Positions 1 through 8,704 of a DNA stretch of 64,000 nucleotides are shown piece by piece. The translations under genes and the position numbers were made by a program. How positions within the stretch are numbered: the stretch's first letter is position 1; every line of letters starts with the position of its first letter. Below the pieces are notes generated by a model. The model saw nothing but the letters and a program-made list of their open reading frames with translations, made no database searches and was not told the origin of the DNA. The DNA comes from a virus (lineage: Duplodnaviria; Heunggongvirae; Uroviricota; Caudoviricetes), in the IMG/VR virus record IMGVR_UViG_3300021400_000055, positions 12,908 through 76,907 of that record. The stretch is one strand, 5' to 3'.

Positions 1-65
1 GATTAACACAAAAGTTAAATGGACTAGCAACAACAAAAAGAGAAAGAACATACAGGCTACCAAGT

Positions 66-554
66 ATGCTACAAACAAGTGATGGTTGTATCTTCAAAGG
101 TAAAACACCAGGTAGAATTGAACTATACTTAATCTTTGACGCTTCAGGCTCAATGTCAGGAGAAATGGACACATTCAAAGAAATAATATCTAAATCAATT
201 CCACAGGCTATGAATTGTCCTTGTGAATGGTTTGCTGGTGAAAATTCATCAATTAAACCATATAAAACAGAGCATAGTGACGGATACTTCAAAGGTAAAT
301 TCAAAGACTTTATGAGAGTTAGAGCATACAGTGGGTACAGCGATGACGGTGACAGAACAATTGAGTTATGCTACCTAGCAGAGAAAATGGGTTACACACC
401 TATTGGAGTAACAGACGGTGGCGGTTGCATAAGTTGGTCAATAGATACATTAAAGAAATTAAGAAGAACAATTTTAGTAGGGCAAAACGGACACTGGTTA
501 GCAAAAGCAAAAGAAATAAACCCAAATATTCAAATACTTGAAATTGATATATAA
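66..554 (+). CDS. vWA-domain protein (MIDAS motif D-A-S-G-S)
   Basis: ORF with DASGSMSG motif matching the DxSxS MIDAS motif of von Willebrand A domains; RBS-like purine tract upstream. Confidence 0.45.
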   Translation: MLQTSDGCIFKGKTPGRIELYLIFDASGSMSGEMDTFKEIISKSIPQAMNCPCEWFAGENSSIKPYKTEHSDGYFKGKFKDFMRVRAYSGYSDDGDRTIELCYLAEKMGYTPIGVTDGGGCISWSIDTLKKLRRTILVGQNGHWLAKAKEINPNIQILEIDI

Positions 555-562
555 GAAAGGGG

Positions 563-889
563 GTGGGTATTATGTATAGACTAATCAAACCAAGTGGCTA
601 TGGAGCTACAGTTTCAATTGAGAATATGGACACAAAAGCAAATGTAATCATCGGTACAGCAAAAACAGAAATCACAAATATCCTAGAGGAGTTTGGTTAC
701 ACACATCCAGCATATCAGGAAGAATGGGACATAGAAGTGAACAGCGAAGCAGCTAAAAAACTTGCAGCACTTGCACTATCAATGAAGAAACCAATAAGAG
801 ACCAACGCAAGAAGAAAGAAGAGCCAACAGAAGAGAAAAGAATAGGGGTTGAGGTTGACGCCTTTGACCTAATATATGGAATAAGTTAG
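563..889 (+). CDS. hypothetical protein (basic/acidic C-terminus)
   Basis: ORF tightly packed after previous gene, GGGGG RBS upstream. Confidence 0.4.
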   Translation: MGIMYRLIKPSGYGATVSIENMDTKANVIIGTAKTEITNILEEFGYTHPAYQEEWDIEVNSEAAKKLAALALSMKKPIRDQRKKKEEPTEEKRIGVEVDAFDLIYGIS

Positions 890-892
890 GAG

Positions 893-1318
893 GTGAATGT
901 TATGAATAATTATAATCATTTAATAATTAACAAAAACAGGGGCTGGAGAGGACTAGCAGAAGCAAAAGCAATTGACCTAGATACTAAAGAAACATTAAGA
1001 ACAATCTTTAGCTTCTCACAAGCAATGTGGAATGACTTAGTTTCAAGACATTTAATTGTAATGCAAGATGAGGAATACTATTATGTAATAAGATTTGAAG
1101 ATGAAACAGAAAGACTACCAAAACCAACACAACAAAGAAGTGTATTAATCAAAAACTTTAATGCACACATCTTAAGTATAACACAATATAAAAAGACAGA
1201 GTGGACAGCAAGTGATGGAGAAGACTGGCAAGCAATATTCAATTTTAGAAAAAATAAAAACAACCACACTACATCAGATTGGAATTGTATTGGCATAAGA
1301 GTTATCCCATCTATATAG
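893..1318 (+). CDS. hypothetical protein
   Basis: ORF immediately following previous gene with AGGAGG RBS. Confidence 0.4.
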   Translation: MNVMNNYNHLIINKNRGWRGLAEAKAIDLDTKETLRTIFSFSQAMWNDLVSRHLIVMQDEEYYYVIRFEDETERLPKPTQQRSVLIKNFNAHILSITQYKKTEWTASDGEDWQAIFNFRKNKNNHTTSDWNCIGIRVIPSI

Positions 1319-1342
1319 TGAACAGGTTAGAAAGGAGTTATC

Positions 1343-1762
1343 ATGAAAAATAAATATGAAAGTGTAATTATATTTGACCCAAAATATACAAAACTTAAAT
1401 ATAAAGTTAAGAAGTATAAAGACTTATTGAAAAAATATTCAGGAGATTTCAAAGACTTTAATGTTGACGATATGGGAGAAAAGAAGTTAGCATATGAAAT
1501 CAAGAAACATAAATCAGGCTACTATGTCTTAATCAGATGGCAAGGCACACCAGAGAATGTAGTTGAATTAGAAAGACTTTTACGTGTAGATGATATTGTA
1601 ATGAAATTCATGACGATTAGAATGGACGACGATAAAGAACACGAAGAATATGCAGAAGCGAATGAGGAAGACGAAGAGGAAGTAGCAGCAGCCAGCAGGG
1701 AAGAAGTGAACAAGAAAACTGAAATAGATTACTTTGATATAACATTTAATATAGATGAGTAG
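1343..1762 (+). CDS. rpsF: ribosomal protein bS6 homologue with acidic C-terminal tail
   Basis: Alignable by eye to bacterial S6: [11 protein letters not shown] vs [36 protein letters not shown] vs [40 protein letters not shown] vs EFDRLAKISDDIIRH; acidic E/D tail as in S6. Confidence 0.7.
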   Translation: [139 protein letters not shown]

Positions 1763-1791
1763 TTGACATTGTTTATAAAATATAGTATAAT
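1763..1791 (+). promoter_or_regulatory. sigma70-like promoter TTGACA-17-TATAAT
   Basis: TTGACAttgtttataaaatatagTATAAT upstream of the RuvB-like gene. Confidence 0.45.
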
Positions 1792-1805
1792 TAAAATAGG
1801 AAGGA

Positions 1806-2690
1806 GTGATTACTATGTTTGAAGGAATTGTAGGACAAGACAGAGCAAAACTTGCCATCACAGACTGGTACTTACATGAAACACAACCTTTACTAATATA
1901 TGGTAGCAGTGGTTATGGTAAGACAATGTTTGCAGAAAGTCTTGGAGCTATCACAATTGACACAACACAATTAAGAGGGGACAGAATTAACACCATATTA
2001 AAACCCATCAAAGAGGCTGAAGACGGAGATATATTATTCTTTGATGAGATACACAGCTTACAAGGAAAGATACTAGAGGGATTATATAAGATTATAGATA
2101 AAGGGACATTCTATGACAAAGAGCTATGTATGGATTTGGAATTACCTAAAGTAAGATTTATCTTTGCCACGAATATTCTTAGCCCTTTACCAGAAGCATT
2201 TATTAACAGGTGCAGATTTGTAGAGTTACAAGAATACACTGAAGAGGAATTGCAGAAAATTGTTCACTTAAGATATCCTGAAATTAAAAACAAATCTATT
2301 TTAAATATTATTAAAGCAGCTAAAGGTGTACCAAGAACAGCATTGAGCTATGCCAAATCTGTCATAGCAGGTGCAAAGACAGATAAAGTTTTAGTAATAG
2401 ACGCAGACGAAGTGAACAAGATTTTAGATACCAGGATGGGTGTTGACCCAGATACAGGTTTAACACAGAAAGAATTCAAAATTGTACAAAAGGTAATTGA
2501 GAGAGGTAGACTATCTACCACAGCAGTAGCCAATGTATTAAAGACTACAATCAAAGACGCACAGAGCCACTACATTGAGCCATTAAGAGCAGCTGAATGG
2601 TTAGCAGTTAGTCAACAAGGTGTAATACCAGGCTACAAAGCACACGAAAACTACAGAAAATTTATCAGCAGAAAAGAGAAGAAAGCCTAG
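1806..2690 (+). CDS. RuvB-like AAA+ ATPase (Holliday junction branch migration helicase family)
   Basis: Walker A GSSGYGKT, Walker B/sensor ILFFDEIHSL, arginine finger region GVPRTAL, C-terminal winged-helix-like GLTQKEFKIV; collinear with RuvB. Confidence 0.65.
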   Translation: MITMFEGIVGQDRAKLAITDWYLHETQPLLIYGSSGYGKTMFAESLGAITIDTTQLRGDRINTILKPIKEAEDGDILFFDEIHSLQGKILEGLYKIIDKGTFYDKELCMDLELPKVRFIFATNILSPLPEAFINRCRFVELQEYTEEELQKIVHLRYPEIKNKSILNIIKAAKGVPRTALSYAKSVIAGAKTDKVLVIDADEVNKILDTRMGVDPDTGLTQKEFKIVQKVIERGRLSTTAVANVLKTTIKDAQSHYIEPLRAAEWLAVSQQGVIPGYKAHENYRKFISRKEKKA

Positions 2691-2710
2691 AGCTTTCTTC
2701 TTTTTGGGGC
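2680..2710 (+). terminator. rho-independent terminator
   Basis: gaagaaagc-ctaga-gctttcttc stem followed by TTTTT. Confidence 0.5.
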
Positions 2711-2886
2711 TATGCCCAAAACATTTGTTCCATGGTGGGTATACCACAGACCCCGAGCTGCTGCCCATAAACAAATGTTCGATAATGTGTTTGTAAAATT
2801 CGTGTGTGTATTTTTTATATTACCCCACGCTTGTTCACTTTTTAGATGGATGCTAAAAAAATTTAATTAAAAAAGGAGTGATTAAT

Positions 2887-3057
2887 ATGCAAGAGTTAGT
2901 AATTAACAAAATATTCAAAACAAGAGCCGAAATGGAGGCTTACGAAAAGGAGTTAACTGAAAAATATGTCATCTTTATGATAATGCATGTTGACCAAGTA
3001 ATCGGTGAGCCAGAAATATATGGCATAGATAAAATTATACACTTTGGTTTGAGATAA
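2887..3057 (+). CDS. small hypothetical protein (56 aa)
   Basis: ORF MQELVINKIF... with RBS AAAAGGAGTGATTAAT-ATG nearly identical to the RuvB-like gene RBS; followed by strong terminator. Confidence 0.35.
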   Translation: MQELVINKIFKTRAEMEAYEKELTEKYVIFMIMHVDQVIGEPEIYGIDKIIHFGLR

Positions 3058-3065
3058 ATTCAAAT

Positions 3066-3098
3066 AGGGGGGCTAGAAATTAGCCCCCAAAAATTTAT
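3066..3098 (+). terminator. rho-independent terminator
   Basis: ggggggcta-gaaat-tagccccc stem then AAAAATTT. Confidence 0.5.
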
Positions 3099-3199
3099 AA
3101 ACAATCTGTTCACTTTCGACAGATTTTTTATTTTTATAAAATTTTTATATATATTTTTTATATTACCCCAGCCCTGTTCACTTTAAATGTTGAGGACTA

Positions 3200-3700
3200 A
3201 TTTTTAGTCTTCCGTTGCTTTGCTTTTCGGGGCTGTTGCTCTGCTTTTATTGTTTATAAAAAAAGCAAATCAACTGATACAAACCTTACTTATGACTAAT
3301 TTTGAGTTCGACAAACAAATTTTTCGGCAAACAAGGGGCGAACGAACAGGTCAACAGCAGGTCAACGGCTGTAACCCTTGCTATAACTACATTACCTCAT
3401 TTCTGTTGACCTGCTGTTGATAAATCTATTATTACTTATATATTTTTGTTGGTATAAGAAGTTAAATTTTTATAAAAAAATATATAATAAATGTAAATTT
3501 ATAAACAGCAGAGCAACAAATACGCGCAATCGCACGTGTTTCAATACTTTCCTCTGTTGCTTTGCTATGTTGAGAAATATAAAAAGTTATACTCATTTAT
3601 GTCCATTTTGCAGAGCAACACTATCACTTATCACATTATTACACATAATCTCACACTCAATTTTAATGCACACTTATACTCACTACCCCATTTTTTTCAT
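3200..3700. repeat. iteron-like array of 11-bp motif TGTTGCT(C/T)TGC in both orientations, plus a 16-bp perfect inverted repeat
   Basis: Copies at 3214-3224, 3233-3244, 3508-3518(rc), 3555-3565, 3613-3623(rc); IR GTCAACAGCAGGTCAAC / GTTGACCTGCTGTTGA at 3358-3375 and 3404-3419; no credible ORF. Confidence 0.45.
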
Positions 3701-3713
3701 CACACTATTACCC

Positions 3714-3742
3714 ATTGACAACCACTACCGAGTATGATATAC
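3714..3742 (+). promoter_or_regulatory. sigma70-like promoter TTGACA-17-TATACT
   Basis: TTGACAaccactaccgagtatgaTATACT upstream of RHH gene. Confidence 0.4.
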
Positions 3743-3788
3743 TCACTATATAAAAAAATTTATAAACAATAGAAAGGAGCAAATTATT

Positions 3789-4160
3789 ATGGCTAAAAAA
3801 AGAATAAATATTACTATTGCACCAGAGCTAATTACTAAATTACAAGAAGAAGCCCGTACTCATTGCCACTCATTATCAAACGAAATCGAGTACAGGCTTA
3901 TGAAGTCATTCACAGCCCCAGCGTCTACGCAAATTACCCCAGCACCGTTCACTCCAATCTCAACTCCAGAAAACCCAACGGGCGGGAGCATTATCACCGC
4001 CGACGGTACTATACATAAAAAGCACCCACTTATTTGGTTACAAGAGAATAACATAGACCCCAACGATACGTCTTATGACACATACGAGCGTTTCCATTCA
4101 GTCTTTCCAGATATAAATATTCACGAGTTCGACAGTTATCAACAATCACGTAGAAAATGA
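3789..4160 (+). CDS. ribbon-helix-helix (CopG/Arc-like) DNA-binding protein
   Basis: N-terminal KKRINITIAPELITKLQEEA matches RHH beta-strand/helix pattern; AGGAG RBS. Confidence 0.5.
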   Translation: MAKKRINITIAPELITKLQEEARTHCHSLSNEIEYRLMKSFTAPASTQITPAPFTPISTPENPTGGSIITADGTIHKKHPLIWLQENNIDPNDTSYDTYERFHSVFPDINIHEFDSYQQSRRK

Positions 4161-4165
4161 AAGGA

Positions 4166-4205
4166 CCGGGAGGTAGTTGTCCTCCTAGTCCTTTTTGTTG
4201 CTTAC
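4166..4205 (+). terminator. rho-independent terminator
   Basis: aggaccgggagg-tagttgt-cctcctagtcct then TTTTTGTT. Confidence 0.5.
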
Positions 4206-4244
4206 TAAACTGCAATTTAGTAAACCATATGCGTTACCATATTA

Positions 4245-4614
4245 TTATATCACACCACCGGGTAGTCCGTCAACTCTACTTTCAACCAGTTCATATCCGA
4301 ACTTCTTACCCGCTTCACCACCAATTTTATTATGTATCATCTCGTGTTCTTCTGTGGTTACACATATTAAATTACTCACCTCATTATGTGTCTTATTCCA
4401 GTCTAAATGATGAATAACGCACCCAGCGGGAACCTCACGCCCGCCAGTGCTCTTCCCACATAGCTACGTGTAGTCTCTGCCTCTTCTTTCCCGTCGTACA
4501 CACATAATAACCAGTCTTCTTATCTTGCCTATATTTTTTTCCGTAAAACATCACTTGGTCAGGGCGGGTCTTCACATCACGCCTCTTATTATTGTTCAGC
4601 ATATCACCAATCAT
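4245..4614 (-). pseudogene. HNH endonuclease gene interrupted by a +1 frameshift
   Basis: Frame A: MIGDMLNNNKRRDVKTRPDQVMFYGKKYRQDKKTGYYVCTTGKRRQRLHVAMWEEHW then stop; frame B continues GREVPAGCVIHHLDWNKTHNEVSNLICVTTEEHEMIHNKIGG...; together a complete HNH core; shift lies in cactggcgggcg near 4450. Confidence 0.55.
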
Positions 4615-4616
4615 AT

Positions 4617-4778
4617 TTATTTCGCCCCTTCATCGTATTCTCTCAATACTTGATTAAGTCTTACGTTCTCAGCTCTTAGCTCATCTATCATATGATTCAT
4701 TTCGTCTTCGTGTACCTTCATATTTTCTATCCTATCTAATAACATCATTACTATTTGCTCCCAATGATAACCGCCCAT
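4617..4778 (-). CDS. small coiled-coil protein (53 aa)
   Basis: ORF MGGYHWEQIVMMLLDRIENMKVHEDEMNHMIDELRAENVRLNQ... with GGAGGTG RBS. Confidence 0.35.
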   Translation of the reverse strand: MGGYHWEQIVMMLLDRIENMKVHEDEMNHMIDELRAENVRLNQVLREYDEGAK

Positions 4779-4958
4779 AAACTCACCTCCATTAATTTTT
4801 AATAATAAAAAAAGAACCAAGCAAATGTTGGCTCCAATATAAGTGTATATAAATTCCCAGATCTTACATACATCTATATTGTAGCATAATATTTTATATT
4901 TGTCAATATTTATAATAACGTCCTCTTCGAACCAGTAACAGCTCTACCAGACCACAAA

Positions 4959-5663
4959 TCAACCACTACATCTGTTACAATAAAATAAACTACTACTTAC
5001 GCTTGCATAATAAGTTCTACCGCACCTTTTACATACATGACGTTTACTACTTTCATCTCGATTAAGTACTCCGTGTAACTGATTATGTTTTTCTCTTGAC
5101 ATTAATTGTAAATTTTCAATATCATTGTTATCTTTATTACGGTCTTTATGATGCACATCTAATCCTTCCATCTGTTCTTCTGTTAAATCTAATTCTAATT
5201 TTAGTTTCTCTCTATGAAGATATACAGTAGTGCCTTTCCAACTGTTATTGTACCAGTAGCCATTTGATGGTTTTTTCCTAAATGGTATCATTTTATTATT
5301 GACTACGAGTATTTGTGTTTCACCTGCTTCAATTTTCTTTCGCCAATAATCACTTATTCTCACACCGGGGTATCCGAGTGTCGCACCATTATATAATTCA
5401 TTCAATTCCTTTTCATGTTTTTTCTTTTCATAATAAATCTTTTTTCCTAAATCATGACGTTTCTTACCCGCTTTAGTTCTTTTTTCCATATTATCAATTC
5501 TCCTATTGAAACTTATTATAACATCATGAACAATAATAGTCAATAGAAAAATCAAATAATTTAGATAACTATAAAAGCGTCCTTTTGCTTCCAGTGACTG
5601 CTCTTCCAGACCATAAATCAATTGTAGCATAGCGAGTTGCGTCAATACTGTGGTCATTAACAC
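4959..5663 (-). CDS. HNH homing endonuclease
   Basis: DVHHKDRNKDNNDIENLQLMSREKHNQLH HNH motif plus C-terminal CxxC...CxxC zinc ribbon; overlaps 3' end of terminase. Confidence 0.75.
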   Translation of the reverse strand: MLMTTVLTQLAMLQLIYGLEEQSLEAKGRFYSYLNYLIFLLTIIVHDVIISFNRRIDNMEKRTKAGKKRHDLGKKIYYEKKKHEKELNELYNGATLGYPGVRISDYWRKKIEAGETQILVVNNKMIPFRKKPSNGYWYNNSWKGTTVYLHREKLKLELDLTEEQMEGLDVHHKDRNKDNNDIENLQLMSREKHNQLHGVLNRDESSKRHVCKRCGRTYYASVSSSLFYCNRCSG

Positions 5664-6477
5664 TAGGCCATTCCTGTATTATTATTTCTTTTCCACCAAT
5701 ATCTCTACGCAAAAACTCAGCACCAACGAATTCAGCCCAACAGCCAGGACACCTTTCACTATCAATCCAGATTTCTCGTACGTCTCCATAACCACCAGTT
5801 AAAAATTGATATGATATATCTCTCGATCCAGAGACTTTCTTGACCGGGTAGATGTTCAGTCCCTTACTCCTCAAGCCATCTATAATTCTGTTATCAATTT
5901 CAGAGTTTATTAACGACGATATATTCACACTTCTGTCAAATAGTCCGCCACCTCTTGAAAGCATTTCCTTGACGTTCATATAAATACCATCTTCTGACCA
6001 ACCCACACCTCTGACTTCATCAGTTATAAATAATATCTTTTTAACTCTATTATAACCTACAACTACACATACAGTAGGGTCAGGTCTATAACCATAGTCC
6101 ATACCAACAAGCCAACGCCAACACTCAGGACCATTACCAAATTCCTTCGTGTCTATATCTCCAACTCTAACAGGTCTAAGTAGTGGGAATACCATAGTAG
6201 CCGGGTCACCGACCTCTCCCATAATAACATGCTTCCACTCTTGCTCATTCTCTTCTCGCATAGCTTCAGCCATATCATAAACTTGCTCTGGTACAATTCC
6301 TCTTGGTATATCATATAAATTTACATGCTTAAAATATACCTTTTCACGTACCATCTTCTCAGACCCATCGCTTTCAGTTATCATCTCACGTGTGTTATTC
6401 CAACCAATGTTTAACCAATGTGAAGGGCTAAATGGTGTATTATAAGTAAATATAGTTTCAAATATATCTCCGTCCGT
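5569..6477 (-). CDS. terL: terminase large subunit, C-terminal nuclease portion (frame open from 6477; M at 6384)
   Basis: RNaseH-like nuclease region ...CVVVGYNRVKKILFITDE...ATRYATIDLW; frame has stop at 6478-6480, so -1 shift relative to upstream ATPase ORF. Confidence 0.65.
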   Translation of the reverse strand, partial: TDGDIFETIFTYNTPFSPSHWLNIGWNNTREMITESDGSEKMVREKVYFKHVNLYDIPRGIVPEQVYDMAEAMREENEQEWKHVIMGEVGDPATMVFPLLRPVRVGDIDTKEFGNGPECWRWLVGMDYGYRPDPTVCVVVGYNRVKKILFITDEVRGVGWSEDGIYMNVKEMLSRGGGLFDRSVNISSLINSEIDNRIIDGLRSKGLNIYPVKKVSGSRDISYQFLTGGYGDVREIWIDSERCPGCWAEFVGAEFLRRDIGGKEIIIQEWPSVNDHSIDATRYATIDLWSGRAVTGSKRTLL

Positions 6478-6980
6478 CTATATAATGATAGTAATACTTG
6501 GTCTACGTCATGCTTACTTAAGAATTGGTCAGCTTCTTCAAACCATATCATTCGACAGTAACCGCCTGGCCACTTGATAGATTTAACTTTTCCGTAATCT
6601 TCGGCTGTGTTCAAGTTAGCGAATTTTATAACTGTTTTAGTCCCTTTAAGTCTTATTTCCATAGGGTTTACAAGCATTTGCCACTTATCTTCAACACCTA
6701 AATTAATTATAGCATTAGCAATTTCAGCGTATACAGATGTCTTAAGTGTATTTGAATATTTTCTTAATGCCAAGCAACACGCCCACGGATCACCCTCTTT
6801 GTGAACAACAGCGAGCTCCATTAAAGTCAAAATAATATGGTGGGCGGCCCAATAGCTCTTCCCACTGAAACGCCCACCTCTTAAAAACAGTTTTCGACTT
6901 CGCTCTAATTGGTCACCGATACCGTCTTCAAGTAAGTCCCAGTAGTTAGGCAACACTATGTCACTTAATTTATTTTTCAT
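6411..6980 (-). CDS. terL: terminase large subunit, N-terminal ATPase portion
   Basis: Walker A GGRFSGKSYW, Walker B MIWFEEADQF; ends in nonsense-looking tail LYLLIIHHLALHIG after the shift point. Confidence 0.65.
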   Translation of the reverse strand: MKNKLSDIVLPNYWDLLEDGIGDQLERSRKLFLRGGRFSGKSYWAAHHIILTLMELAVVHKEGDPWACCLALRKYSNTLKTSVYAEIANAIINLGVEDKWQMLVNPMEIRLKGTKTVIKFANLNTAEDYGKVKSIKWPGGYCRMIWFEEADQFLSKHDVDQVLLSLYRRTEIYLKLYLLIIHHLALHIG

Positions 6981-8121
6981 ATAACCTCCTGAATATAGCC
7001 TCTAAAACATTTACAACGATAGAATTTCCTGCCTGCTTATATAATTGCGTATTCGAAGTAGGAACACTTTGTGCTTTATAAAAATCTTCATCGTCAAATC
7101 CCATGAGTCTCCAGCATTCCAAAGGGGTCAATTTTCTGATTCTTAATTTATCTCCTACCATACTATCTTTTTGCACAGTAGTTATTGAATTAGCTATTTC
7201 CCTTGAGCTTATTTCTAATTGCTGTTCAACTTCTCCAAATTCATTATATCTTCCACGCATTGCTACTGCTACTTTAGGTTGACGATTACCACCTTGCATA
7301 TCTGTAAGAGTGGGACTAATTCCCTCCCCAGAATATACACGCTTAACGCAGTCATGTCCTTTTATATCTAGCTTGCCTATTTGTACGCATTTAGGGTCTT
7401 TCCAGTCTCTTGCAAGTATTGTATCACAATAATCCTTTTCTTGAATTCTAAGTCTTTCTTGTGCAAAAGTACTAGATTTTATTTTTTCTATTTTTTCATC
7501 ATCTAAATAGTATTTCTCGTCAACGTCTTTTTCTAGCATATCTTTAAGTCTTAACTTTAATTCTTGTTTTTCTGGAAAATTAAATCCAATAATATCAATA
7601 TCTTTTCTGATGGATACAGTGAACACACGCTCCCTATTTTGAGGAATACCATAGTCTTTTGCATTTAAAACTTGATAATAAGAATTATACCCCAAATCTT
7701 CCATTACTTGAATATAACCATCAAAATTATGTCTGTTTTTAGCACTTAATAAGTTTTTTACATTTTCCCAAATTACATATTTAGGACGTACCGCTTCAAC
7801 TATATCAACTGTACACCACATAAGACTACTTCTTGTGCCACTACCTTTATCTCCTCCAGCTAATCTACCAGCAATACTAAAATCCTGACAAGGTGAACCG
7901 TGCGTGATCAAATCTATTTCTCCAAGCTTTTTGAGTTCGTCCAAATCTATTTTTGAAACATCTCCTAAATTTAAACTTTCATCCACTCCGTGAACAGCAC
8001 AGTAAGATTTTATAGCATATTTATCTATTTCACTAAATCCTACTAATTCATATTTTATACCAACTCTATCTAAGGCTTTTTCAAAAGCTCCAATTCCTGA
8101 AAATAAACTCAGATATCTCAT
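6970..8121 (-). CDS. DNA (cytosine-5)-methyltransferase
   Basis: Motif I LFSGIGAF, motif IV GSPCQDFSIAG, motif VI ENVKNL; overlaps neighbours by 4-11 nt. Confidence 0.8.
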   Translation of the reverse strand: MRYLSLFSGIGAFEKALDRVGIKYELVGFSEIDKYAIKSYCAVHGVDESLNLGDVSKIDLDELKKLGEIDLITHGSPCQDFSIAGRLAGGDKGSGTRSSLMWCTVDIVEAVRPKYVIWENVKNLLSAKNRHNFDGYIQVMEDLGYNSYYQVLNAKDYGIPQNRERVFTVSIRKDIDIIGFNFPEKQELKLRLKDMLEKDVDEKYYLDDEKIEKIKSSTFAQERLRIQEKDYCDTILARDWKDPKCVQIGKLDIKGHDCVKRVYSGEGISPTLTDMQGGNRQPKVAVAMRGRYNEFGEVEQQLEISSREIANSITTVQKDSMVGDKLRIRKLTPLECWRLMGFDDEDFYKAQSVPTSNTQLYKQAGNSIVVNVLEAIFRRLYEK

Positions 8122-8657
8122 TTATCTTCCTCCTCATCTTTTTTCTTTAATGTGTAATCACCTCTATACAAATCATTGATAAATGTGATACCTTCGATAT
8201 TACTACTTGAATACATAGTGGTATACATCTCGATTGCTTTTAATCTATCTGTATCACGTGCGTTTTTATCTTTTATAATACTACTTAATATCGCTTTAAT
8301 ACTCTCTTCGTCAACTAAACTGTAGTCTTGAGCTCGATATTTTTCTATTGTAGATTGAACTTGCTTCCAACCTAATAAATTTTGTTTATCTTCGGGAAGT
8401 GAAGTGGGGTCTAAATTACCTCCCATTTGGTCATCCATATATAAAATCTCAGCAACTGTATGAACATATTCGTCTTGTAATAGCCAAATAGCGTCTTTAC
8501 ACTCTTGTGTCCAGATAGGTTTTAGTTTTTTGTAAATATTTTCGACACTCTTTTTATATCTTTCGTCATCTGTGTATCTATCTCCTCTAAGAAATCCTTC
8601 GAGTACTTTACCCATATCTATTTCTTCATCATCTTTTTTCTTTTTACTGCTAGGCAT
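8118..8657 (-). CDS. hypothetical protein (possible small terminase subunit by position)
   Basis: 179 aa charged protein directly upstream of MTase-terminase operon; no motif recognised. Confidence 0.3.
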   Translation of the reverse strand: MPSSKKKKDDEEIDMGKVLEGFLRGDRYTDDERYKKSVENIYKKLKPIWTQECKDAIWLLQDEYVHTVAEILYMDDQMGGNLDPTSLPEDKQNLLGWKQVQSTIEKYRAQDYSLVDEESIKAILSSIIKDKNARDTDRLKAIEMYTTMYSSSNIEGITFINDLYRGDYTLKKKDEEEDK

Positions 8658-8704
8658 AAAACTCTCCTCCTGTTCACTTATGATTTTTAAAATTAGGCGA
8701 GCTA

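Noticed and set aside
1522-1861. Minus-strand ORFs antisense to the bS6 homologue and RuvB-like genes (1522..1713, 1580..1861, 2348..2554)
   Set aside because: They are shadow ORFs of well-supported plus-strand genes.
3220-3737. Track ORFs 3220..3420, 3417..3737 and 3536..3718 in the repeat region
   Set aside because: No RBS, and they are composed of repeat motifs and AT tracts; the region is better explained as regulatory or origin DNA.
4157-4417. Plus-strand ORFs 4157..4417 and 4195..4410
   Set aside because: They are antisense to the frameshifted HNH endonuclease gene, which has clear catalytic motifs.
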